Positions 38,473 to 51,385 are shown, numbered from the whole stretch's first letter. The stretch: 63,898 nt of DNA, filler included, from Octopus bimaculoides (GCF_001194135.2; 4 parts of 4 records of this genome joined end to end with filler, not necessarily neighbours in it), one strand, 5' to 3'. Notes: generated by a model not told the origin, from the letters alone. A program made the numbers and translations.

Positions 38473-39129
38473 TTAAATTTAAATGTTGAAGTGAATGTAA
38501 CGGTTTTTATGTGTTTTTAAATGGCTTATAAACACCTTCCATGCTACAATTGATTTTGTTCTAGCTCATGATCTCAGACCAGGTTACTTGCTATGCAAGT
38601 ACATCTCCATAATATATATATATAAATATATATATATACATATACATTATTAATAAAGCTGCAAAGACATCACAAAAACTGTTACGCAGAGTTTCATGTT
38701 TCCGATTGTCAGATAGTTTTGGTTGTCCTATGAATGGGAATCTGAAATTCTGAGTATTAGTTTTTGTGATGTTTTTTCAGCTTTAATAATAATAAAGCAT
38801 ATTACTCTACCTCTGGTATCTGAGTATTTTTTTTCTCCACCTTGTTGCACATTTATATGCTTACTCTGGTATGTATGTATGTATATATATTTATACATAC
38901 ATATATATCTCTGTGTGTGTGTGTGTGTGTGTGTGTCTATATGAAAGTGTGTGTTCTGATACATGTTCATAAACTAAGGTCAAGCATACTTTGTGCAAAG
39001 TACGCAATATTTAATTGAATATTTTATTAATGCCATCAAAATAATATCTCTTAAGTCTCAAACTATAAACTGCCATTCGACTAATAGTACATTAAAAATA
39101 TAAACAAATACAAATCCTGAAAGAGACTA

Positions 39130-39745
39130 AGAAGCAAACCATTGATTGCACCTTGCTGCTTTCTTCTGCCCTCTTCTCCATCCTTTTATTTTCTCCATCT
39201 CATCAATCAACCCTACCCAATTTTTACGGTAGCAGTTTGTCTCCCTATACTCTCATCTCCTGCTTCCCATACAATCTTGCAAACTATCCATCCTTCCACT
39301 TCTAGTCACCCTGTCCCTGGAAGGGCAGCTTGGTCACCTCATCACCATCATCTATTTTTCTTTGAAGCTCTTATCCATCATTTCTTCTCATCTCTTTCTC
39401 CTCCTCTTCTACTAAATGTGAGTAGCCATGCAGATCCTCCCCCACAAGAACCAGCTCTACTTTCCACTTGTACTTTAACCGCTCATACCTTAGCATAAAG
39501 CTAATCTTCATCTACCCCAGGGTTCACATTCCAACAAGTGACTGCTGGTGCCATATTAAAATCACCCATGCATTCTGTAAGGTGGGTGTGGTTAGAAAGA
39601 GCACCCAGCCATAGAAACCATGCCAAAACAGATACTAGAGTAGGATGGCAGTCCTTCAACTCATCAGATCCTGTGAAACCATCTAACTCATGCCAGCATG
39701 GAACATGGACACTAAGAAATGATGATGATGATGATGATGATGATG
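39130..39745 (+). mobile_element. RTE-tail repeat, same family as 30330-30990
   Basis: shared body and tail ...gtgaaaccatctaactcatgccagcatgg..(gat)n. Confidence 0.6.
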
Positions 39746-39763
39746 GTGGTGGTGGCAGCGGTG

Positions 39764-39873
<110 letters not shown>

Positions 39874-39889
39874 TATATGTATAAAAATA

Positions 39890-40108
39890 TATATATAAAG
39901 GAGGCCACTAGGTGGACTGCTAATGTGCTAAAAGAAGATCACATGTCATGTGTCTATTAAGACTGAATAATTCTCAAAGGGAATTTAATGAAGAGCTGTT
40001 TTTGCTACTTCGCTAAATTCCATTTGAGAATTATTCAGTCTTAGTAGACACATGACATATGATCTTCTAGCACATTAGCAGTCCACCTGGTGGCCTCCTT
40101 TATATATA
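39890..40108. repeat. fold-back element 5 (~97-bp arms, 26-bp spacer), ~160 bp upstream of the PLE fragment
   Basis: 39890-39987 is the reverse complement of 40014-40108. Confidence 0.95.
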
Positions 40109-40269
40109 TTTTTTATATATACCTATACAATAATCTTTTGAAATCTCAGATATTTTTTCTGAATCTCCCTGATTCTTTTAATGTGCTTGTTCTCTGATAT
40201 TAAATTGATATTAATTAATATCCAATTTTTTACCCTATTGTTTAATATATATATATATATATATATATA

Positions 40270-41130
40270 GTCAACCGAAATACTAAACCAGACTTAAAAA
40301 TACTCCCATACATCTCCATACATAACCCTAGAAACAACGAAGCCTTTAACGTTATCATCCAAAATCTTCCCATCCTCACAAAAGATAAAGCAATGAACAA
40401 AATTTTAGACTCACACAAATTTATCAAAAGTAAAATGCAACCTAAATCATTGAAAAAATATTAACCAGCGCAAGACTGTATCCATTAACAACAGAACCAA
40501 AAGTGAAAAACTGTGGTCGACCTAACTGTGGTACTTACCCTCACCTTTTGGAAGGTTCAGAGTTCCACTTTAAACAAGGTGAAATAAGATTAAATCAAAT
40601 TTCACCTGTGCCTTGGAAAATCTAATCTTTGCCATTATATGCATAAGGTGTGGTAATAATTATATTGGCCAAACAGGAATATCACTCCGTAGAAGAACCA
40701 CTCTCCACAAAGAACAAATCCGCCACCGACATTACAGACAGATACAGGTCAGTGGACACATAGAAAAGTGTGCGAGGAATCTTAATCCTAATTTCCTAAT
40801 TTTTCCCTTCTATCAATGTTCACAGAACACCTCAATACAACAAAGAATGAATAAAGAGGCAACTTTCATCGATAAATATCTTCCACAACTAAATATAAAC
40901 ACAACATAATACAGAACACTACTAACCTTTCAATTAATACCACTAATCCCAATACATCTTATACACCAATCACATTACAGAATTATATCTACCCTAATTG
41001 CATAACTACTTACCTCCCTTACACATAATCTTTTTACTCAGGGACTAGTACACCTGATATCGTTCAGTAATTGGTGCCCATTCAAAGCAGTGATCAGTAA
41101 TTCTACGAAACCAGTATGCTTTTGAATTTC
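40270..41130 (+). mobile_element. Penelope-like element (Neptune-type) 3' part: RT thumb, Cys linker, GIY-YIG endonuclease and 3' pLTR
   Basis: HNPRNNEAFNVIIQNLPIL..KFIKSKMQPKSL; CGRPNCGT(C) linker; ORF 40613-40909 LIFAIICIRCGNNYIGQTG.SLRRRTTLHK..KEATFIDKYLPQLN. Confidence 0.9.
41081..41126 (+). ncRNA. minimal type-I hammerhead motif, G3-C8 core variant, in the PLE 3' pLTR
   Basis: stem I UUCAAAGCA/UGCUUUUGAA (9 bp, 1 bulge); core GUGAUCA; stem II GUA-AUUC-UAC; GAAAC-CA-GUA; predicted cleavage after A41116. Confidence 0.75.
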
Positions 41131-42469
41131 TCTAACAATTCGCAATAATGACTTTTATTACTTTTATTCCTACCTCAGTTCATCTAATTGTATATATCTA
41201 CCGTTACTTTTCATAAAAAGCCTTTACTTTCTTTGATTTCCAATGTGCATTTTCGCTTATTTTTTTCTTTTTACTTTCCCCTTACATTTCCACGTGTAGT
41301 TTCTATTTTGTTTTTGTAACATATTTCTATTATATATATATATATNNNNNNNNNNNNNNNNNNNNNNNNNNNNNNNNNNNNNNNNNNNNTTAATTAATTA
41401 ANNNNNNNNNNNNNNNNNNNNNNNNNNNNNNNNNNNNNNNNNNNNATATATACATATATATATATATACTTATATATAGTTAAAAAACACACAAAAAACA
41501 ATAACAAAAAACAACCAAGTGAGGACGTGATACGGATAGAGTTATTGGACGCTATATATATATATATATATATACGTATATACGGTGTAATAATTAATTA
41601 ACGCTGAAACTTTACACCAATAGAAACAGCCAGCGGAATTGGTCTCAATAAGAGATTATGTTTTCGACATTTGGCAAGTAGCAAACTTGTTTATGACACA
41701 GGAAATGTCTATATTTGGCACAAGTTCAGGTTAAATGTTCATTTCAACAGGCTTGAGCAATCTGCTTTTCCGACATAATAACTTCTTTGTTGATGTATTT
41801 AAAATCAATTCTTTTGTCCAATCAACACTGAATACGTAATCAGCATCACCTACAAGGAAGCATCTATTATTAAGTAGTCGCGAGAATTGTTAGAAAGAGC
41901 AGCCATGTTACCTACATATCACACGTCCGACTGTCTTATAACAAGACGGACACAACGGATCAGTGGTTCTCGACCATTTCTTACCGATGGACTTGTTTGA
42001 TTCTTATTTTAGTCGGGCGGACCCTTCGAGCAATTCAATGTTAAAAAAAAATCCGATCGCATTTTTAGAATTAATTATTAGTAAGAATTGTAAAAACACA
42101 GTTAAATTATTTTGTATATTGCGGAAGCATAACCAATTTATCGCACATAATTGTTAACAATAAAATCTTATATGGACCCCCAAGGGACATGTAGACCTCA
42201 TTTGAGAACCATTGCTTAAGAAAATACATTTGAAGACAGGGCGGTCACGACTCAAAGTGTTTGATCAGATACTTTTATGATCATGGACAGCCAAGGGCTG
42301 AACAAAAGCATTCATGAAAACCGTTTTTGCCCTGGTATAAATGCCAGTTCAGTTTATCTGAAAGAAATAGGACATAGCTGGTAAGGCAGAGCTGGTATTG
42401 CAACCGCTCAGCAGTTGGCAAGCCTTTCATTGCACCTAGCTACCACTGGTTACCTCTCTTGTTGTACCA

Positions 42470-42740
42470 GGAATATTAACATGCAAGCCTTCCCTGCCTG
42501 TACACAGTATTCCCTTAACAAGTTTCTCCCGAGACCTCCATCAATCACAAATAGACACTAAATACCTTGCATCCTCGGACTAAATTGGCAAACTTTACGT
42601 TGCAACAGCGGACCTCAGAGGCACAGTATACAGATCCTCCCTCGTGGATATTCTTAGAATTTTACTTGTCATTGCTCTGTTGCATGTTATTGAGTCTAAA
42701 ACTACAAATGCCAGGAGGTCCTATTCTGGCATAAACTCAC

Positions 42741-42788
<48 letters not shown>

Positions 42789-43600
42789 CAGCTTTGAGTG
42801 TGTTTAGCTTTCGGTCAGATTGAATTTCCGGAAGTCAGTAAAAGTTACTAACTAACTTCGGCCCCGCTTGCCACTGGATCTGTCTTCCTCACAGTGAAGA
42901 TAGCCAAGCTGCAAAAATTTGAACCTACGCCTTTATTGTCAATGGTGTCTTGTCATGCGACATGGATCTTGAATCTTTAAAATTTGGCGGCGATGAAGAA
43001 TGGTGACCGGTGTAGGTAGTGAGAAATCTCCCTGACAACGATACATGTCAGCAGTTGTTTGCTGTTGAGGTTAAGAGCCGTCCTTCAGCAGATTCCCGTT
43101 GAACCCAGCAGCCATAACTAGAGACCTCACCGCTCTTCCCAGCTGATGAGGAACAACGGAAATGCAATTCTCAGACGGTACATAGTTCACAGTTCCGAGA
43201 AAGGAAACTGCCTCAGCCAGAAGTTCTAATTAGTGGTCGGAAAAAAAAAATGGAAGAGCAAAATTTACCACCTAGACTTGTTGCGTGAACTATATGAGCA
43301 TTACTTGGAGTTTGCAATCAATGAGACGCCACAGAGTATTACAGCACTCGTATTCAATAACCAGAAGCGATATAGTGCAGTTGTTACTGCATTCAGTAAG
43401 ATCAAACTACAAGGAAAAAGACTGTCTCGACAGCTGCGCCAGGATGGTCAATACCACAATTAATTCAAACTTCATTTAAAGACCATTTTGAAGAGAAGCA
43501 ACATTAACCCATGAAAAGAGAAAGACCTCGGTGCCTATTGTTCATATTAGCAGTCTCAATGCTGGAAGAACTGAGGGTGGAGCGGAGAAAATATGGAGGA
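42470..43600 (+). mobile_element. highly decayed RTE-like LINE remnants
   Basis: faint C-terminal match GKRLSR..LHLKTILKRSNINP; mostly scrambled. Confidence 0.3.
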
Positions 43601-44675
43601 GAAACGCACTGATCACTAACGAAATAAGAAGCGAGCAAAGAGACGGAGATACATATCTCTACATGAAAACCGCCTTCCATCGTCGGTCAGAACAAAGATT
43701 TTATATGACTTGTCTGATACGGAAACTATACATCAAGGAGAGAGATATAGAATCATAAATAGATCCACTAATGCGGGAAAAACTGGTCATCATTGGATTC
43801 AGGAGACAACCATATGTAAGAGCGTATGCGTGAGTTTTTGCGTGGGTACGTGTGTTAGTGTGTGTGAATGTGTCTGTGTGTGTGTGTGTCTATGTGTGTG
43901 TGTTTGCATTTGTTAAGATGAATAGATGTGCGCAATTATTGAAATTATTACAGCGATCATAATAATATATTGCATGTATAAATAGGATAAATATCTATTT
44001 ATCCCACGGACAAATGCCGCTAATACAATCGATTGCTTGACCTTTCATCAATAGATGACCAATTGATTTGAAATAGGGAGGAGAGAATAGCTTCGTGGAA
44101 TGCATGTCGTTCCCAAATGGATTAATGAAATAAGAGAAAATAGCCAGATTGGCTCAGAGACATGGCTGCGTGGAAGCTAAACACGAACGCCATATTATTG
44201 GCGCACAACACTTACACCACGTACACACACATACACACATATACACGCACGCACGTACACATGCATACATACGCACATAGATAGGATTCGTATGCATACA
44301 TACATACACACACACATCAGTTGACGCACACACACATATACACACACATGCATACATACGCACATAAACAAGGATTCACATGCATACATACAAATGTACA
44401 CACATGCACACACACACACAATTAGCTCAGTCTATACCAAATGCAAAGTCTTCTAGATGGTTTCTTAGTTTACAAATCCCTCTCATTCCCTCTCTCTCTC
44501 TCTCTCTACATATATATNNNNNNNNNNNNNNNNNNNNNNNNNNNNNNNNNNNNNNNNNNNNNNNNNNNNNNNNNNNNNNNNNNNNNNNNNNNNNNNNNNN
44601 NNNNNNNNNNNNNNNNNNNNNNNNNNNNNNNNNNNNNNNNNNNNNNNNNNNNNNNNNNNNNNNNNNNNNNNNNNN

Positions 44676-44708
<33 letters not shown>

Positions 44709-45260
44709 GTACATGCATACATACATGCGCATATATATATACATATATATATATGTATATACTTATATATATATACCCATATATATATACACACACACAC
44801 AGATACGCATGCGTACATACGCACAGATGCAAGCACACATAGTGGCAAATTAGTTGAGTCGTTAGAGTGTTGGCTAGAATGCCTCACAGTATCTGTTCCA
44901 ACTCTCTGAGCCCTGAGTTCAAGAGTTCTAATCCCACCGAGGCCAACTTTGCTGTTCGTTCTTTCGTGGTCACTACAAATGCACAAATTCAGGACGATGT
45001 ATTGGCGAAACTGCCAGACGGGCAGCGGTAGCTGTTCTGGTTCTTTTATCAAGGACATCTGGTGCCGAGCGGTATCGGCCCAAGTCGGTGGCCCTTCTCT
45101 TGATTAAACGTTGGAAACGTGAAGAGAGGAAAGTCACTTGCAGGCGTGGATATCTGACCCTGGAAGGGAATCTTGCATAAGTTTGCATCTGTTAAGATGC
45201 ATGGTCGACTTAGACCGCCGAAGCCCTATATACATATGCTTGTCTGTGCGTGTGTGTGTG

Positions 45261-45345
<85 letters not shown>

Positions 45346-45735
45346 GAGTGTGTGTTTGTGTGTGTGTGTTTTTATACAGTCCATAGGAGTTGCAACTGTT
45401 ACTTAAGTTTCATTTTTACCAGGTGTATACGTATCGCTAACACCGATAAAGTATACTGGCCGCCATTCATGAGACAAGTTCAATACGGTTATTCATGCGT
45501 GATCTTAGCTAACAGTCTCAGGTGTGCTAGTAGAACGGGCATAAATCTATGTGGTTCTATTTAATATGTCCCTTGCGGGAGGACACACACCCACACACAC
45601 ACACACACGCACACACGCGCACACAGGCTCTCCCACTCTCCCTCTCTATCTCTCTCTCTCTCTCACATACGTACACACATACACACATACCCACAGAGGC
45701 TTACATTTACATATATACGTACATATAAATTTATA

Positions 45736-45789
<54 letters not shown>

Positions 45790-45994
45790 GAGTATGTGGG
45801 TGGATGTTTGTGTATGTGTGTGCATGACGGCCACTATTCTCCACGCGGTAAGAACAATTAGAAACCGATGTTCGATAAATCAATAAGGAGCATTTTACTA
45901 AAAAGCAAAACTTCGGTCTATGTTACAATGCTATTTATCCAAATAACACCGAGCGGTGCTTCCACAAATCAATACACACACACACACACAATGA

Positions 45995-45995
45995 C

Positions 45996-46049
<54 letters not shown>

Positions 46050-46070
46050 TTAGTTAGTTAGTTAGTTATT

Positions 46071-46130
<60 letters not shown>

Positions 46131-46143
46131 GAGATAGATAGAT
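45995..46143. repeat. compound (GATA)n/(AGTT)n microsatellite
   Basis: direct reading. Confidence 0.95.
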
Positions 46144-46376
46144 ATCTTGTAGCTTAATGTATAAAAATGTGTTTGTCTTACTGAGAAAAACGAAGACAGA
46201 AATCTGGTGCAGTGATGAGGTATGTCAATAGATGTGATGTGAGTGGCTTGAGCTGTCTTGTGTTATTGTGTAGGGAGACAAGTTAAGCTCAAACTGCTGC
46301 GGAAAGAGATAATGTGAGTTAAATGTATGTTGATCATGTGTTGAAGTGTATTATAAGTGTATTAGAAGATGGTGAT

Positions 46377-46480
46377 GTGGAGGCGCAATGGCCCAATGGT
46401 TAGGGCAGCGGGCTCGCGGTCAAAGGATAGCAGCTTCGATTCCCAGCTTGGGCGTTGTGAGTGTTTATTGAGGAAAAAAA
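46377..46480 (+). mobile_element. tRNA-derived SINE head (family C-like)
   Basis: A box tggcccaatggttagg, B box cttcgattccc. Confidence 0.6.
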
Positions 46481-46499
46481 AAACACATTTTTTTAAAGC

Positions 46500-46615
46500 C
46501 TGAGACTTATTTTATCGGTCTCTTTTGTCAAACTGTTAACTTACGGGGGTGTAAGCAAACCAAGACCGGTCGTCCAGCGCTGTTGTGAGACAAAGCACGC
46601 ACACACACACAGAGA
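46500..46615 (-). mobile_element. SINE family A 3' module fragment
   Basis: reverse complement of gtctcacaacagcgctggacgaccggtc..ccccgtaagttaacagtt..gagaccgataaaataagt. Confidence 0.55.
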
Positions 46616-46655
<40 letters not shown>

Positions 46656-47475
46656 NNNNNNNNNNNNNNNNNNNNNNNNNNNNNNNNNNNNNNNNNNNNN
46701 NNNNNNNNNNNNNNNNNNNNNNNNNNNNNNNNNNNNNNNNNNNNNNNNNNNNNNNNNNNNNNNNNNNNNNNNNNNNNNNNNNNNNNNNNNNNNNNNNNNN
46801 NNNNNNNNNNNNNNNNNNNNNNNNNNNNNNNNNNNNNNNNNNNNNNNNNNNNNNNNNNNNNNNNNNNNNNNNNNNNNNNNNNNNNNNNNNNNNNNNNNNN
46901 NNNNNNNNNNNNNNNNNNNNNNNNNNNNNNNNNNNNNNNNNNNNNNNNNNNNNNNNNNNNNNNNNNNNNNNNNNNNNNNNNNNNNNNNNNNNNNNNNNNN
47001 NNNNNNNNNNNNNNNNNNNNNNNNNNNNNNNNNNNNNNNNNNNNNNNNNNNNNNNNNNNNNNNNNNNNNNNNNNNNNNNNNNNNNNNNNNNNNNNNNNNN
47101 NNNNNNNNNNNNNNNNNNNNNNNNNNNNNNNNNNNNNNNNNNNNNNNNNNNNNNNNNNNNNNNNNNNNNNNNNNNNNNNNNNNNNNNNNNNNNNNNNNNN
47201 NNNNNNNNNNNNNNNNNNNNNNNNNNNNNNNNNNNNNNNNNNNNNNNNNNNNNNNNNNNNNNNNNNNNNNNNNNNNNNNNNNNNNNNNNNNNNNNNNNNN
47301 NNNNNNNNNNNNNNNNNNNNNNNNNNNNNNNNNNNNNNNNNNNNNNNNNNNNNNNNNNNNNNNNNNNNNNNNNNNNNNNNNNNNNNNNNNNNNNNNNNNN
47401 NNNNNNNNNNNNNNNNNNNNNNNNNNNNNNNNNNNNNNNNNNNNNNNNNNNNNNNNNNNNNNNNNNNNNNNNNNN

Positions 47476-47532
<57 letters not shown>

Positions 47533-48484
47533 ACGCGCGTGCGTGCATGCGTGCGTGAGTGCTTGCATGTACTTGGGTATATTTTCCAATGTAAAACACG
47601 TATTGATACGCATCGATTCAGAAGAAATGAAAGACAAAAATCAACAGTGGCGTGTTGTACGGTTAGAAATCTAAGACGGCAAGGCTACGATACCATAAAA
47701 CATTAAACGATGGGCGCCATCTTTACCTTGTCTTTCACTGAGATATTATATTGCAAACTTCGTGTGCGTGCGTATTAACGTATTTTTACTTATCTCTTTA
47801 TCGATTTAAGCTCAAGTTAGATAATGGACAAATGAGCTAATATGATTCTTTATTAATTCTTTCAGTGTCACTGTAACAGTCAGACATGTCGCAATACTAT
47901 CTCCTATCCACGTACATATATAACTGTTTCGTTAGCATGTAGAAGCCGACGTTTACACAACCGAATTATTAATGAGAGAAAGCTATAAAGCAGCTCTTTG
48001 GTTCAAGGGGAATTCCCTATGAGAACTTTGTGCTGTGAAGTCACGGCATTAGAAAGTTCTTTCCCGTATTTCTCTGAACGTAAGAGAAGCAATTTCCAAC
48101 GCAGCATCTTACTATCATGAGTAATGTTTATCTGCTTATTAAGATAAATTTCGATACTGTCTTATTATGTAGTAAAGACATGCTATATATACTTTGGTTG
48201 AATAAGTAGAGCTCTAAAGATTGTTGCAAGTTGACAACGTTCTGGAACCTTCGACAAACAGATTTCCAGAAACACGGAATTCTGTCCCAGAATTATAGCG
48301 TCCAAGACGTTATCCGTTCAACTGCTGCAGTGTTCGAAATACGAAGAGTTATTTTCTGTTATGACAGTGGCGAGTAAGAGATTAAGTTATAATTACGGTT
48401 TCGATTTCCGTCAAGGCGTTTCCTTATATTTCACACTCAGATATAAACTAAAATTGCATTATATTGGTTAATATCTCCTCCGCC

Positions 48485-48518
<34 letters not shown>

Positions 48519-48712
48519 NNNNNNNNNNNNNNNNNNNNNNNNNNNNNNNNNNNNNNNNNNNNNNNNNNNNNNNNNNNNNNNNNNNNNNNNNNNNNNNNNN
48601 NNNNNNNNNNNNNNNNNNNNNNNNNNNNNNNNNNNNNNNNNNNNNNNNNNNNNNNNNNNNNNNNNNNNNNNNNNNNNNNNNNNNNNNNTATATATATATA
48701 TATATATATATT

Positions 48713-48872
48713 ATAATAAGGACAAACTACATGGTAATATCGCATGCTGGATGTCAATTGGTTCTAAAGCTACCTTATTTAAATATTTAATATTTGATAT
48801 TTAAATAAGGTTGTTTTAGAGTAATTTGACATCTCCTAGCATGTGGCGCTACCATGTAGTTTGCCATTATTA
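48713..48872. repeat. degenerate inverted repeat (~75-bp arms)
   Basis: caaactacatggt..catgct..gatgtcaa..ccttatttaaatat mirrored at 48796-48872. Confidence 0.75.
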
Positions 48873-49014
48873 TATTTTTTATAAAAAATTATATACTCTG
48901 TATTAATTTATACCTAAACAGTTTTACATGCTAGCTACCTGATAAGATCCTATGTAGATTTTATCCTTGATGGTAATAACAATAGTAATAATAATAATAA
49001 CAATAATAATAATG

Positions 49015-49048
<34 letters not shown>

Positions 49049-49149
49049 TAATATAATATATGTATATATAGGTAGATAGATAGATAGATAGATAGAAAGA
49101 TAGATAAACAGACAGCCTAGTACTTATTCTATCTATATTTTTGCGTCCT

Positions 49150-49231
49150 TTTTTGCGTCCTTTCTGTACGATACGAGGAAATCAAATTGTGCATTTGTAT
49201 TTTGTGTGGTTTACGTACAGTTATATGAATT

Positions 49232-49327
<96 letters not shown>

Positions 49328-49514
49328 CGACGGGCTTCCTTTAGTTTCCGTCTACCAAATCCACTCAGAAGGCTTCGGTCGGCCCGAGGCTATAGTAGAA
49401 GACACTTGCCCAAGGTGCCACGCGGTGGGACTGAACCGTAACCATGTGGTTGGTAAGCAGGCTACATACCACAAAGCCACTCCTGCACCTATATGTATGT
49501 GTAGGCGTGTGTGT

Positions 49515-49566
<52 letters not shown>

Positions 49567-49591
49567 AAATTCATNNNNNNNNNNNNNNNNN

Positions 49592-49647
<56 letters not shown>

Positions 49648-49731
49648 AAATTCATATAACTGTACGTAAAACCACACAAAATACAAATGCACAATTTGAT
49701 TTCATCGTCTCGTACAGAAAGGACGCAAAAA
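49150..49731. repeat. inverted duplication (~80-bp unique arms plus (CA)n/(TG)n) enclosing a SINE
   Basis: tttttgcgtcctttctgtacga..gtacagttatatgaattt mirrored at 49647-49731; SINE A at 49326-49490 (minus strand) inside. Confidence 0.85.
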
Positions 49732-50309
49732 TGGAAGGAAGCTGGTGTCAATTTCGAGAGAACACTGTTCCTCTTTTACCAATTTTCCTATCAACGGAAT
49801 TCATCTATTCATTGCATTATAGTCTAAGTGGTTACGTATTCCACCCTTAGCGTAAACTTCAGGGGAAATCAGCATGTCAAGTTTTTTTTCTTTTTAATTG
49901 GTATTTATACACATACAAAACCCAATACAGCCTTCAAGGAATTTCAGGAATTCGTCAACTATTAAAGATATTTGAATAGAATTTTCGAGAAGGTTGAGAG
50001 CAATTTATTTATTATTGCATTCGGGGTTCTGAAGATAAATTCTATGAGATTTATTTATGTTTTACTGTTTAGTTCTTGTGAATGAAGACATGACAAGATA
50101 GCGAAAAAAGGTACACTGGAGTGTAAATAGGAAATTGAGATTCCAAGTAGATAAAATTGGTTAGCATCACCGTTCCATAAGCTGTTGCTGCAGGAAGCTA
50201 CTGGGCTTATCTCTTTAAAATGAGTATGTAAAAGCGGCACGTAATCTAGGTATAATTTCAATATGAAGTAGGAAAAAACGAAGTAAGATCATGGATTCCT
50301 TTATGGACG

Positions 50310-50915
50310 CGGACATGGCAGTGTGGTTAACAAGTTTCCTTTGCAACCATGTGGTTTTGGGTTCAGTCCCACTACGGGGCACCTCGAGCGAGTGTCTTCT
50401 ATTATAGTCCTGGTAATGAAAGCTTGTCGTGTGTGTGTGTGTGTGTGCGTGTGTGCGTGTATGTGTTCGGGTGTGTGTGAGTGTGCGTGTGTGCGTGTAT
50501 GTGTTCGGGTGTGTGTGTGTGTTTGCGTGCGTCTTAGCGTTTGTCATTGTCCCCACCGTTGCTTAAAAAAACAGTGGTCGTTTGCACTAGCGTAGCTAGA
50601 TTATGTACCGCCCGGGGTGGCCCTTCCATTTGACTCACCCCCACCCCGGACCTCACAACAAACACATATTGCCTACAACAGACCCAAAGTGCCGCACGGG
50701 GTAGACCGCCCCTACCACCAGCACCACCCTACCTACGTTAGTGGTCGTTTATTTACACCCGATAGCTTAGCAGTTCGGCAAAAGACACTAATAGAACAAT
50801 TATCCGACTTTCAAAAATTAAGCATGGGTTTGCTTTGTTCAACTGAAGCCTTGAAGGTGGTGCTCCAGGATGGTCGCAGTCCAATGTCTGTAACAAATAC
50901 TAGATAAGAGATTAA
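50310..50915 (+). mobile_element. SINE family A (head plus 3' module) interrupted by a MITE
   Basis: head ggcagtgtggttaac..ggttcagtcccactacggggcacc; 3' module resumes at 50752. Confidence 0.7.
50585..50743. mobile_element. hAT-type MITE (159 bp) with 8-bp TSD
   Basis: TIRs CACTAGCGTAGCTAG / CTACCTACGTTAGTG; flanks gtcgtttg (50577-50584) and gtcgttta (50744-50751). Confidence 0.85.
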
Positions 50916-50944
50916 AGATACCGTATGGCAGCAAAATTAAGCAG

Positions 50945-51385
50945 AATATTGGTTTCACGTTTTGACACAAGGCCAGCAATTTCGTAGGGGTTGGTGTAAG
51001 CTGATTACAATCGATCCTAGCCCTTAACTGCTACTTATTTTATCGATTCCGAAAGGATGAAAGGAAAAGTCAACCTCGGCAGAATTTGAACTCAGAACGT
51101 AGCAGCAGACGAAATACTGCTAAGCATTTCGCTCGGCGCGCTAACGATTCTGCCAGCTCACCGCCTCAATAATAATAATGATGATGATGATGATGATGAT
51201 GAGGAATATGATGATGAGGAATATGATGATGATCATGATCATGATGACCATGATAATGATGATTCCAAAGTTTAGCGCAAGGCCATTTTAGCTCGGGGAG
51301 GGATAAGTCGATTACATCGACCCCGGAAGAATGTAAGGAAAAGTCAACCTTAGCAGAATTTGAACTCAGGACATAAAGACGGACG
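50945..51385 (-). mobile_element. SINE family B, two copies separated by (GAT)n
   Basis: reverse complement of ggcggtgagctggcagaatcgttagcgcgccgagcgaaatgcttagc..gagttcaaattctgccgagg. Confidence 0.8.

Larger units (their letters stand above)
38266..38555. repeat. fold-back element 4 (~139-bp arms, 12-bp spacer)
   Basis: 38266-38404 is the reverse complement of 38417-38555. Confidence 0.95.

Noticed and set aside
43143-43175. CUGAUGA-GGAACAACG-GAAAU motif
   Set aside because: Stem II cannot close and stem I is only 2 bp
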